A DNA stretch of 64,000 bases from Leptolyngbyaceae cyanobacterium (GTDB taxonomy: Bacteria > Cyanobacteriota > Cyanobacteriia > Phormidesmidales > Phormidesmidaceae), in the NCBI GenBank assembly GCA_965263355.1, contig CBDHHL010000026.1, forward strand, positions 18,364 through 82,363, read 5' to 3'. Below are positions 48,331 to 57,859 of the stretch, piece by piece (the first letter of the stretch is position 1; each line of letters begins with the position of its first letter). The position numbers were made by a program, and so were the translations under genes. The notes beneath the pieces are model-generated. The model had not been told where the DNA came from. It did no database searches and saw only the letters and a program-made list of their open reading frames with translations.

Positions 48331-50693
48331 TTAGAGTGATAGACCAAGCAATTGGGCAATGAGCGGCAGAGTCGATTCAGCACGCGCTGTGTCAAAATCT
48401 GTTGCGACGGTTGTTCGTGCCTGGTGACTGCCTGCCTGCACCCGTTCTCCCATTTGTCGGCGTTCAGGGGAAGAGAAGCTAGAAAAGGTGCGCCGTAGCA
48501 GGGGCAGCAAGGCGGTAAACTGATCGCGGCTTAAATTAGTTACCCAGTCATCTAGAACTTGCCAAATGATGTCATCGTGAAGCAACAACAATCCGCTTCC
48601 CTGCAAAAAGCCTTCGACCCAAGCGGCAGCCTGGGTGGGTTCAGTGGCTAAGGAAAGGGCTAAGCCCATGCGCTGGGCAGCTTTTTCCGGCTCCAGACTG
48701 CCTTCGTCCAGGAGTAGGCGACAGCAGCGTCCGGCGATAAGACCGTGAAGGGACTGTTTCTCGCACAGTACCAACAACACTGCTGACCAGGTTCTGCCAT
48801 GGTTCTCATGTTGTAATAGCTTAATTGCGCTATTTGTCTGGTTAATGGCGTCTAGTACGGCTGCTGCCGCGTCATCATCCAACGATGCGCAGGCCCCTGG
48901 CAAACCAATGCAGATGCGTGCTACCAAACCATCCACCACTTTGGCGACTACTGTGCCATCGGTCTGGCGCACATCGCGATAGCGCAACACATTGGCTAAG
49001 GGTGGCAACGCTGCCATTAAGTGGGCGACATCACAGGCCATGGCAGCCATGGCCTGTAGTTGAGCCAACAAATAGGTAATGGCATCGGGCAGTGTGGCTA
49101 ATAGGACCTGATCCAGTAAATTGGTTAATGCTGGCAGATCTGGAGCGATATCCACTAGATACTTGGCGTAGGTCTCGGCGGCGGCGGCTACGGTATTGCC
49201 CCATCGCCCAGATTCAATGACGGCCAGACTCAGTTCGGGTTGCCAACGTAGCTGCCAGGCTTCTTTAAAGGTGCCTTTACCGCTGGTGATTTGGGGCTGT
49301 CCCCAGGGAATACCCAGTAAGGTTAGACGGTGTAGGAGATGCGATCGCGCCAAATCTATTTCTTTTCGCAAATCCAGAGTCAGCAACCGTTCATTGGCTT
49401 CAGGTTTTAATCTCAGTCGTTTTTGTAACTTTTGGAGATCCTGCTGCAGGGGAATTAGGGGCGTCTCCGCCGGAATCTGTCCCAGCCGCTCACTGACAAT
49501 TAGCTTTTGGTGAATCAACTGCATCGGTGTAGCATCACCAAAACACAGCACGGTCTGGGCTGCTTCATTCAGCTCATCTAGACCTGGCATGGCAGACTCT
49601 CGCATTGCCGCTAGTGTCTCCGCCAGCCGCACCGCCTCAATCACACTGGCAGACGAGGCATCAATGTCTTCTTCCCGTAATAATCGAGCCACCTGGGTCA
49701 TCCAACCAATGGCTGTTGTTTGCGCATGGTTAACAGATGCATACCAAAGATGGTCATACCAACCAGGGGAGTCAATGCCTGCACCGTAGCCACTGGCGCT
49801 GGACAATCGTCCATAGGTCCAGGGAATCCAGGTGGCTTTTACTTTGAGTTTAGGTAATCCTTTGAGCAGCGCATTATCGTATTTTTGGGCAGGTAATGGC
49901 TCACATAGTGCTGGGCTATGCCAGGCACCACAAACCACTGCAATAGTTTCAAACCCTTCTTTTTTTGCTTGTCGAAGGGTGCGACGCATGTAGGCTTCTC
50001 GCTGAGCTTCTCGTCGGTCCAGCGAATTTTCTAAGTCTGGCGGATGGAGTTGTTCAATCTCTTGCCGCAGTGTCGACATTGCTTCTAAAATCGCTTCAAA
50101 GATTTCAGTACTATCCTGGCGCTGTTCTACCATATGTTCCCACCAGCGCTCACTGTCGCTATAGCCCGCTGCCTCAGCCAACCAGGCTAATGGATCCGCT
50201 GGAATTGATCGCACAGGCACCGACCGAGAATTAGCAGACTCTTCAGATTCACTCTTGGTCGCTACTTCACTCTCCCCCTCTCCCTCTCTCCCTTGCACCC
50301 CCTCTCCCTCTCTCCCTTGCACCCCCTCTCCCTCTCTCCCTTGCACCCCCTCTCTCCCTCCTGCTGCGCTACCCGCTCCGCCATCTGATGCGTTTGAGGC
50401 AAGTCCATAAAGCGTACGGGAATATTTTGCTCTAGTCCGTACTGGATGGCTTGCCACTCGGGTGAAAATACGGCGAAGGGGTAGTAGACGGCCTGGTCTG
50501 AGTGATCAGGAGCGTAGATCAGTAGGGCGACAGGGGGCTGCATGTCGTCGTGTTTGATTAGATCAAGGGCATCATTGCCTGCGGGGGGGCCTTCTACAAG
50601 AATGATGTCGGGGTGGAGGGTGTGGAGTGATTTGGTGAGGCTCCTGGCGGAACCGGGGCCGTGGTGGCGGATGCCGAAGATGTGGGTGGTCAT
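48331..50693 (-). pseudogene. DUF5682 (YehM-like) protein, split by a 2-bp frameshift
   Basis: N-part GIRHHGPGSAR...FSPEWQA (50262-50693) and C-part VVCGAWH, GYGAG (ending 48331) are in different frames; extra AG at about 50350. Confidence 0.85.
50274..50360. repeat. 24-bp tandem repeat x3 plus a partial unit carrying an extra dinucleotide
   Basis: CCCCCTCTCCCTCTCTCCCTTGCA at 50274, 50298 and 50322; then CCCCCTCTCTCCCTC. Confidence 0.95.
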
Positions 50694-50778
50694 TTGAAGA
50701 GAGAATGGCTTGGCTATATGGAAGGGAGTTTAAAGGTGTGGCTTGGGATCCCTCCGAGTTCCCTTGGGTGAAGGTATC

Positions 50779-51924
50779 TTAGGCTAGCTCCCGACAAGCA
50801 CGATAGATGTCTATCCAGCCGTCTCTTTCTTTGACGACGGTTTCTAAGTATTCTTTCCAGACTACGGCGTCCTGTACGGGGTCTTTTACGACTGCACCTT
50901 GGATGCCTGCGGCTAGGTCTTCGGCATCGAGGGAGCCGTTGCCAAAGTGGGCGGCTAGGGCCATGCCACTATTGACAACGGAAATGGCTTCTGCGGTGCT
51001 GAGGGTGCCGCTGGGTGATTTGAGTTTGGTTTTGCCATCTTCGGTGACGCCATTGCGCAGCTCACGGAAGATGGTGACAATCCGCCGAATTTCGGTTAAG
51101 GCGGGTGCCTCAGCGGGTAGCTCTAATGCTCGTCCCAGGCTTGCAACACGGGTTCGGACAATTTGGATCTCTTCTTCTACTTGCTTTGGTACGGGTAGAA
51201 TCACAGTGTTAAACCTGCGCTTGAGGGCACTGGAGAGTTCATTGACGCCTTTGTCACGATTGTTAGCGGTGGCAATGACATTAAATCCTTTTTGGGCTTG
51301 TACTTCTTCTCCCAGTTCGGCGATGGGTAGCGTTTTTTCTGACAACACTGTGATCAGGGTATCTTGTACATCGGCTGGAATCCTTGTGAGTTCTTCCACA
51401 CGGGCAATTTTTCCGGTGGCCATGGCGTTCATCAGTGGGCTGTGCACAATGGCATCCATGGATGGGCCTTTGGCTAATAGTTGGGCGTAGTTCCATCCGT
51501 AACGAATGGCTTCTTCGCTGGTGCCTGCTGTACCCTGGATTAGTAAGGTGGAGTTACCGGCAATGGCGGCGGCTAAATGCTCCGAAACCCAGGATTTGCC
51601 TGTGCCGGGGATACCGTAGAGAAGTAGGGCACGGTCGGTGGCAAGGGTAGCGATCGCAACCTCCATCAGCCTGCGACTGCCGACATACTTAGCCGAGATT
51701 TCCACCCCGCTATCCAGTTTTCCACCCATTAAATAGGTGGCTACTGCCCAGGGGGATAACTGCCAGTTCGGCGGTCGCTGACGATCATCGACTTCGGCCA
51801 AGGCGGTTAGCTCAGTCGCGAACTGTTCCTCCGCATGTTGTCTCAGAATCGTCTGTACGTCCTCCGCCTGAGAGGTTTTACCCTTAGCAGACTTGGTTTT
51901 GGATTTTGTTTTTGTTGTAGCCAT
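50779..51924 (-). CDS. MoxR-type AAA+ ATPase (YehL-like)
   Basis: Walker A GIPGTGKS, RVEELTR, ATANNRDKGVNELSSALKRRF; probable start 51924. Confidence 0.93.
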   Translation of the reverse strand: MATTKTKSKTKSAKGKTSQAEDVQTILRQHAEEQFATELTALAEVDDRQRPPNWQLSPWAVATYLMGGKLDSGVEISAKYVGSRRLMEVAIATLATDRALLLYGIPGTGKSWVSEHLAAAIAGNSTLLIQGTAGTSEEAIRYGWNYAQLLAKGPSMDAIVHSPLMNAMATGKIARVEELTRIPADVQDTLITVLSEKTLPIAELGEEVQAQKGFNVIATANNRDKGVNELSSALKRRFNTVILPVPKQVEEEIQIVRTRVASLGRALELPAEAPALTEIRRIVTIFRELRNGVTEDGKTKLKSPSGTLSTAEAISVVNSGMALAAHFGNGSLDAEDLAAGIQGAVVKDPVQDAVVWKEYLETVVKERDGWIDIYRACRELA

Positions 51925-51939
51925 AGGAGGGTCAGATAA

Positions 51940-52070
51940 AGAGTAAAAAGTGAAGAGTAAAAAGTAAAAAGTGAAGAGTAGGACCGCTACGCTAATCGAG
52001 ATCCCCCTTCCCCTCGTGGGAGGGGCTCCGGGGTGGGTCACCCTCCTGGGAGGGGCTCCGGGGTGGGTTA
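51940..52070. repeat. Heptamer STRR-like run plus a 30-bp REP-like tandem duplication
   Basis: (GAGTAAA/AAGTGAA/AAGTAAA)n, then CCCTC(G/C)TGGGAGGGGCTCCGGGGTGGGT x2. Confidence 0.75.
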
Positions 52071-53585
52071 CCCACTGGGCTTAAATGCCTCATGCATCTC
52101 GTATCGAAAATTCATGCGCTGATAAAAGTCATCTAATGAGTTTTGTATCCAGTAAAACTTGTTGTTGTCGGGTAGATGATCTATCTTTTGGGCGATGGTT
52201 GGGGTCAAATCGGGATGCAGAATAATGGCGAGGTCTTTTAGGAGATAGTTGAGGCTGTAGTCTTTGCGATCGCTATTTCTAATCAACTTAAAAATCTGAG
52301 CTAATACCAATTGACTAAACTCTAAACTCCGTGTCTGAGAACATCGTGCTACCTGATGGAGCCAATGGATCATCTCTTCTAATCTGCTAGGTAGCTTGTC
52401 CTGTAAAACCTTTTCCTGTTGCTCCATCGTTAACAATGTCAACAGATCTGACAATAAACGATCGTCAATGTGTAGTAGTTCCAACTGATTGACCAACGCA
52501 TAGGCCCAGACTGCATTTTCTTGGCGTAGGGCAGCCACTCCCCACCCTTTGAGCAACATATCCTGCCACTTATGATCCTGGATAGCTTTGGCGATGGCGG
52601 ATGGCTCTGCCTGCCAATGGCTTAGGGAGATGCTGGTGATCATTTGATATAGCCAACTGGCTTTTTCTCCCAGACCAGCTACTTTTTTGGCGGTAATGCC
52701 ATCGTTTTCCCAATCTGGTTCAAAGGCGTTTGGTAGAACCACCTTAATTGTTGATGCGAGGAGTTTAGCTTGAATGGTGACAAACGGGGCAATGCGTTCC
52801 GCCATACGCTGGCTGAGGTGAGACTCTGGTAGCTTTACCAGAAGTTCTGCCGCTTGTTGTCGCACGGACTGGGCGCGATCGCAAAGTGCCTTTTCTAAAA
52901 AGGGTTCATCGGCCATGGATAAATTGCAGTCTAGACATACGATTAAGGCTTCTCGATCCTTGGCGAGTTCCGACGACCAGACGACTTCTAAGGCTTCCCT
53001 GGCAGCATTGGCATCACTCTCACGCCACTGGTGTAAAAACAAGGCCCGCTCGCTGCGGCTACCCTCGCGCCAAATTGTCGAACTAGCATCAAACTCGGCC
53101 ATCCTTTGGGCTGATCCATATTCCCAGGCAGAATTTTGTCGGGCGAGCCACTGACCGCGTTTACCAATAACCGCTGCTATCTGGGGACGAATTTCTGAGC
53201 GTTGTCGTCCAAAATTGAGAAGTTTAGGTAACAACCGCTCGGGGATATACTGGTGAGCAGTCGTGATCAGCTGCAATAGCTCTGGCATAATAGCCGGATG
53301 TTCTGTAATGATGGTGCTTAGATGTCTGGCGGTTTTATCAGAACAACAGGCTAAACTTTCTTCAGCACAGGGTTCTAAGGTTGACCAATCTGTTGTTGTT
53401 GGTTTTTGACCAACCCGTTGATAGAGCGCTATGGCCCCAGCAGCAGCCAAAATAGAGCGCTCAGGCTGTTGCCAATCTAGCTGACTCAGGACAGTCGTAA
53501 ACGCATCCACTGTTTTGGGGGGACTAGGTGACTGGCGATTGGTGCCAATCAAGGCTGTCCCCACTAGGGTGTCCCAATATTCCAT
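52068..53585 (-). CDS. DUF5691 helical-repeat protein
   Basis: WDTLVGTALIGTNRQ, IGKRGQWLARQNSAW, DEPFLEKAL.DR..VRQQAAELL. Confidence 0.85.
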   Translation of the reverse strand: MEYWDTLVGTALIGTNRQSPSPPKTVDAFTTVLSQLDWQQPERSILAAAGAIALYQRVGQKPTTTDWSTLEPCAEESLACCSDKTARHLSTIITEHPAIMPELLQLITTAHQYIPERLLPKLLNFGRQRSEIRPQIAAVIGKRGQWLARQNSAWEYGSAQRMAEFDASSTIWREGSRSERALFLHQWRESDANAAREALEVVWSSELAKDREALIVCLDCNLSMADEPFLEKALCDRAQSVRQQAAELLVKLPESHLSQRMAERIAPFVTIQAKLLASTIKVVLPNAFEPDWENDGITAKKVAGLGEKASWLYQMITSISLSHWQAEPSAIAKAIQDHKWQDMLLKGWGVAALRQENAVWAYALVNQLELLHIDDRLLSDLLTLLTMEQQEKVLQDKLPSRLEEMIHWLHQVARCSQTRSLEFSQLVLAQIFKLIRNSDRKDYSLNYLLKDLAIILHPDLTPTIAQKIDHLPDNNKFYWIQNSLDDFYQRMNFRYEMHEAFKPSG

Positions 53586-53587
53586 CG

Positions 53588-54928
53588 TCAGTCTCCTAAT
53601 GTGTGAAACTGCTGCCCAGACCAAAGACTGAGGGGGAGAACTGTGGTTCCATCCCACTCGCCAAACACCGTCAGTGGATACCCACCGCTAATGGCCAGTA
53701 ACTCCCAACCCTTTTCAAAACTAGGGGAAATGGGTAGCGCTTGCGCCGCATCATCCTGTAACCACCAGCCATCTTCTCTAAGGTGGGGTAAAACCTGGCT
53801 GAGGATAAGGGGAACTCTTTCTAGCCAAGGATTATGACTAAGCACATGGGCATAGTGGTTGGTGGATACCTCAATGGTTTCACCCGTAGGCGTAGGCGTT
53901 TGGGTAGTTACGTTTTCCTTTAGCTCGACAAAAGCACGCTTTAGTCCGGTGCCTGGATAAAAAATTAGTTTGCCACTAAACCTGGTTCCTGGCACCAGGC
54001 TGACATCCAGCGGCTGGCGTCCATGGGCAAAGTTTAGTATAAGAGCTGATTTTTCACTCTGAGTCCCCCATAGCCAGGTGCGCTGCATTTGGAGATTGTC
54101 TTCTTCAATCACAACTTTGCCTAGAATCTGCCAGGTGTCGGCAATGCATTCCACCAGTGGGTCTGCTTTTTCTACCCGCAAGCGTAGATCATCTTGGGAT
54201 TGGGGCCAGCCGATTTGCGATCGCACCTCCGCCTGCATGGCTGGCGTTAAACTCTCCAGTCGTCCATAGCTTTCCACCAGCAGATGTAATTGCCCCAGTG
54301 CCTTTAACATCCGCTCCGGCCACCCCTGACCCGAATGGGGAATACTCCCCAACTGGCGAACACGCCTGGCCAACCCTGGCGCTTGGGCATCCACCAGCCG
54401 AGCAGCGGCCTGGTCCCAAAAGCTATAGGGCTGATTGGGCAAAGCCGCTAACCCTTGCCGAATAATGTCCTCTAGCCACTGGGCTAAGTCCTCAAGACCC
54501 GCCTCAACTTTAGCTGTTCTTTTCTCAGCTCGTTTTGCCTGGGCTACCGGATCAGCCGCCGCTTTTGTTTGTTTGGTCTGCTTACGAACCGCTGCTTGGG
54601 ATCGACTTTCTAACCATTCAGTAACCCAATCGGGTGGAGGTGCATCACTAAAGGCATCACTCTGCTCTGCCAGTAGCAAAAATAAGCCCAACGCATGTTT
54701 ACAAGGAAACTTGCGGCTAGGGCAACTGCAGCGAAAAGCGGGTTCGCCCAGGTCAATCTGAGTACGATACGGGGTTTTCCCACTGCCCTTACACTCACCC
54801 CATACTGCCTGATCAGAATGACCCAGCAGGAGCCACTTTGACACATTTGCCAAGGATCTTCCCCGCTTTGTGGAACCAGCGTCTGGAGACAGTGCCAGCA
54901 CTTGCTCAGATGTCCATGATCCTCCCAT
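53588..54928 (-). CDS. SWIM zinc-finger protein (YehQ-like)
   Basis: GECKGSGKTPY, CSCPSRKFPCKHALGL, RLVDAQAPGLA. Confidence 0.92.
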   Translation of the reverse strand: MGGSWTSEQVLALSPDAGSTKRGRSLANVSKWLLLGHSDQAVWGECKGSGKTPYRTQIDLGEPAFRCSCPSRKFPCKHALGLFLLLAEQSDAFSDAPPPDWVTEWLESRSQAAVRKQTKQTKAAADPVAQAKRAEKRTAKVEAGLEDLAQWLEDIIRQGLAALPNQPYSFWDQAAARLVDAQAPGLARRVRQLGSIPHSGQGWPERMLKALGQLHLLVESYGRLESLTPAMQAEVRSQIGWPQSQDDLRLRVEKADPLVECIADTWQILGKVVIEEDNLQMQRTWLWGTQSEKSALILNFAHGRQPLDVSLVPGTRFSGKLIFYPGTGLKRAFVELKENVTTQTPTPTGETIEVSTNHYAHVLSHNPWLERVPLILSQVLPHLREDGWWLQDDAAQALPISPSFEKGWELLAISGGYPLTVFGEWDGTTVLPLSLWSGQQFHTLGD

Positions 54929-55053
54929 ATCCCTGCCTGTAAGACTTTATATAACTTTAGTTCAAACGTATCAATAAGCCAATGTTACTGAAAAAGTATG
55001 CCCATGGAGTGAACTATTGATAAAGTTATGGCCAGGGTGCTCTTAGATTGACC

Positions 55054-55224
55054 ATGCTGCATAGTTTTAGAACATGCTCATATTTACTGGCTTTACCTTG
55101 TGCTATTTCTTGCATATGGCATACGGCTGCCAATGCTCAAGTTATCCCAGATGCTACATTGGGGGCTGAAAACTCTGTTGTTGTGCCCAATTTTGAGAAA
55201 AGAATCTCCTTAAGCCCTAGATAG
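55054..55224 (+). pseudogene. Stub of a filamentous-hemagglutinin-N (TPS) protein
   Basis: Signal peptide, then ANA-QVIPDATLGAENSVV, then an early stop. Confidence 0.7.
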
Positions 55225-55347
55225 TGTCAGTTCTTGGATCTGTGGGGATTGGATATGGAGCTGCGCATCCGATGTTTGCTAACAGGTCAAGCAACTTGAC
55301 TTAACAGGGGCGCAAGACTTTACGCCCCTATGACTTAGACGTAAAGT

Positions 55348-57702
55348 TTAGACAAACGCACCACCGTCTCTACGAGAAATGCCAATTACAGCAGGTCTTG
55401 GCGGTAGCAGACCATTAAAGCTACCGCCAGGATTACCAACATACCCTATATTGCTGGGCCAATTACTACCACGAGATACACTGCGCTGCTGAGTGAAGAG
55501 AGTGCCCTCTAAATTTAACATCTCAATCTCTCGATCCAGTTGCACGTCATCTCCAATCGGTGAACTTTCACCTGGATGTTGCACAGATAATAGGAGGGTT
55601 TCATCGACACCACTACTATTTCTAATAAAATGTTGTCCAGTCATTTCACAACGAGGAGGACCATAAGCAAACGGTACGACTAATCCAGCATTTGGCCCGA
55701 TAACTGGAATATGGAACAACCAGTTATTACCAAATACCCCGGTCAAGGCAGACGTATTTCCAGTAGCCGTATGGTCAATCTCATTTAAAGCTCCAGCAAC
55801 ACCTGTATCAAAACCATTATGAGTGCTGGTATCCATATCCGTTGCCCCCCAGATATTGCCCAGGGTATCAATCTCCAGGTTATCTACATTTGCAAACCCT
55901 GCACCATTAATGGCACCATCCTCTCCACTATGCTCAAAAACTGACCAACTAAAGGTAAGGCTGGTGGCATCATTGTTGGTTTCAATGATTCGGTACAGAC
56001 CGCCAAACTGCTGAAAAGCATCAATATCTGCAGCGTATTTACTTACAATAAATATCCTGGAATCTGGGTATCCATCTTTACTGGGTGCACTATCTGTATA
56101 GGCAATAAATACGCTCCCATCACCGGGATGGACTTCTATATCTTCAGCCCGAGCAGACGGAGTCCCCCCGACCAGATTAGCCGCCAAGAAAGCATCCGTT
56201 AAAATTGCCCCTTGGGTAGGATAGAAATCGGCTAGAATTCCACCTTGATAATCGAATAATACAGCTTCATTTGTCAGGTCTACAATAAAAGACCCACCAT
56301 CCTCTTGTGCCCCGGCAATACCAGCACGCTGAGGTAAACGAATTCGACCATCTTGTTGCGCTCGGCCCAATGAATTTAATTCAGCTTCAGCAATTTCTGT
56401 TGGAGATAGAGGATTCGTTGGTGTACTAGGCACTAATGGAATCCAGAGACCAGAACCATCAGGATTTAATCGTGCCGTATAAAGAGTACCTTGCTCAAAC
56501 AACTGGCTATTGTTTGGATCGGTAGGATTAGAAACAATACCATCACTGATAAACTTATAGGTATGACCACCACGACGGTCATCTCCCATATAGGCAACTA
56601 ACGGTCTACCGGCTTCTATCCTAAAAGCAATATTTTCATGACGGAAACGCCCCAGAGCTGTATGCTTTCTGTTTTGGAAGTCTGGATCTGCTGGAGAGAC
56701 TTCTACCATCCAACCATACTTTTCTCCCACTAAACCAAACGTAACGCCTATACCGTCTTCTTTATAATCCGTTTGAATTCCGTTGGGCAATACGCTTTCT
56801 GTGACAGTAAAATGGAAGTTTTCTTCTGCGGTCAGAATTGTTCCCCAAGGTGTTGTACCACCAGCGCAATTAAAGGCTGTACCAATGATTCTATGGCCAA
56901 GCCCATCAGAACTGAGAGGAAATACATCAGTCGCAGCAGGTCCAGTCCCCACTAAGAAGTTGTAGTCTCCAGTCTGATAGCTAGCTGTACCCCAGGATGT
57001 AACGCGTTGATAACCATCCGAACGTTCAGAATTAAGTCCTAGTCCGGACAAGAGATGTATGCGACGATTCGCACCATCCGCAACAGGAGCGTAGCGACCA
57101 TTGCTTTTTGTAATTCTAACAACAGAGCCACCTTGGTTATAAGCAAATTCCCCCAAGGTGAAGACCGAGGGTTGAGATAAATCTAAACCGAGTACAAGCT
57201 GGTCTGTTGTGGGGAAACCTGCTAAATCATCATCACCTAGTAATGGTGATATTGGATAGGAAACATACTCATGGTTATTCCAGAGATAACCATCATTGGG
57301 ATTTCCATTAATGGGGATAAAACTTACATAGTCGCTGTTATAGCCAAAGTATTCTTCTGGGTTAGGAAATATGCGATCGCCCCAACTAATAATGACATAC
57401 CGTTCATATTCGGGCGGTACTATGACATCATCAAAGTACTGATATGATTGCAGCGCTACATCTACACCTGCTGCTATAGTTGCACCTTCTCCTTCAATTC
57501 CTAACGGTACAAAGCTGGAGCTATTTTCATAAACATCCAGGGGATGTGCCAATTTCAGGGGGGTAAAACTCAAACCTCCAGTTTGGGCTAAAGCAAATTC
57601 GGAGCTGATACCTAAGAAATCGCTAACTTTTGATGAAAGTGTGTAAGCTGCCGTACTACATCCGAAGAACATCAAAAGCTGCCTGCGAGTTAGTTCGGAC
57701 AT
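55348..57702 (-). CDS. phoX: PhoX-family (DUF839) alkaline phosphatase, Tat-exported
   Basis: TRRQLL Tat motif, NNHEY, NCAGGTTPWGT.LTAEEN, LGRFRHEN, NVDNL, QHPGE. Confidence 0.93.
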   Translation of the reverse strand: MSELTRRQLLMFFGCSTAAYTLSSKVSDFLGISSEFALAQTGGLSFTPLKLAHPLDVYENSSSFVPLGIEGEGATIAAGVDVALQSYQYFDDVIVPPEYERYVIISWGDRIFPNPEEYFGYNSDYVSFIPINGNPNDGYLWNNHEYVSYPISPLLGDDDLAGFPTTDQLVLGLDLSQPSVFTLGEFAYNQGGSVVRITKSNGRYAPVADGANRRIHLLSGLGLNSERSDGYQRVTSWGTASYQTGDYNFLVGTGPAATDVFPLSSDGLGHRIIGTAFNCAGGTTPWGTILTAEENFHFTVTESVLPNGIQTDYKEDGIGVTFGLVGEKYGWMVEVSPADPDFQNRKHTALGRFRHENIAFRIEAGRPLVAYMGDDRRGGHTYKFISDGIVSNPTDPNNSQLFEQGTLYTARLNPDGSGLWIPLVPSTPTNPLSPTEIAEAELNSLGRAQQDGRIRLPQRAGIAGAQEDGGSFIVDLTNEAVLFDYQGGILADFYPTQGAILTDAFLAANLVGGTPSARAEDIEVHPGDGSVFIAYTDSAPSKDGYPDSRIFIVSKYAADIDAFQQFGGLYRIIETNNDATSLTFSWSVFEHSGEDGAINGAGFANVDNLEIDTLGNIWGATDMDTSTHNGFDTGVAGALNEIDHTATGNTSALTGVFGNNWLFHIPVIGPNAGLVVPFAYGPPRCEMTGQHFIRNSSGVDETLLLSVQHPGESSPIGDDVQLDREIEMLNLEGTLFTQQRSVSRGSNWPSNIGYVGNPGGSFNGLLPPRPAVIGISRRDGGAFV

Positions 57703-57745
57703 AAAGTTACTCCTAATTTTTCAATGCGTCCATCCTACTTGACGA

Positions 57746-57783
57746 GATCGCAACCACACCAAAATCTGACGCTTGATGCGATC
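57746..57783 (+). repeat. 38-bp direct repeat, left of the Rpn gene
   Basis: 35/38 identical to 58979-59016. Confidence 0.85.
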
Positions 57784-57859
57784 TCAACGCCCCACCAGTA
57801 ACATCAAAGGTATTAGCTAGAGGGTATTAACCGTCCATTCCGAAGCAACAAGCTTGCCC

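Noticed and set aside
50807..51490. 227-aa plus-strand ORF
   Set aside because: Antisense shadow of the AAA ATPase
51925..52041. Hydrophobic N-terminal extension (LLFTFYFLLFTFY) on the AAA ATPase
   Set aside because: It is the translation of an intergenic heptamer repeat; the start is more plausibly 51924
37885..55331. Short GTAG/GGGC palindromes (37885, 38207, 39578, 42202, 55305) as a new system
   Set aside because: They look like ordinary cyanobacterial REP-like intergenic palindromes, and no intact RAYT is present in the window
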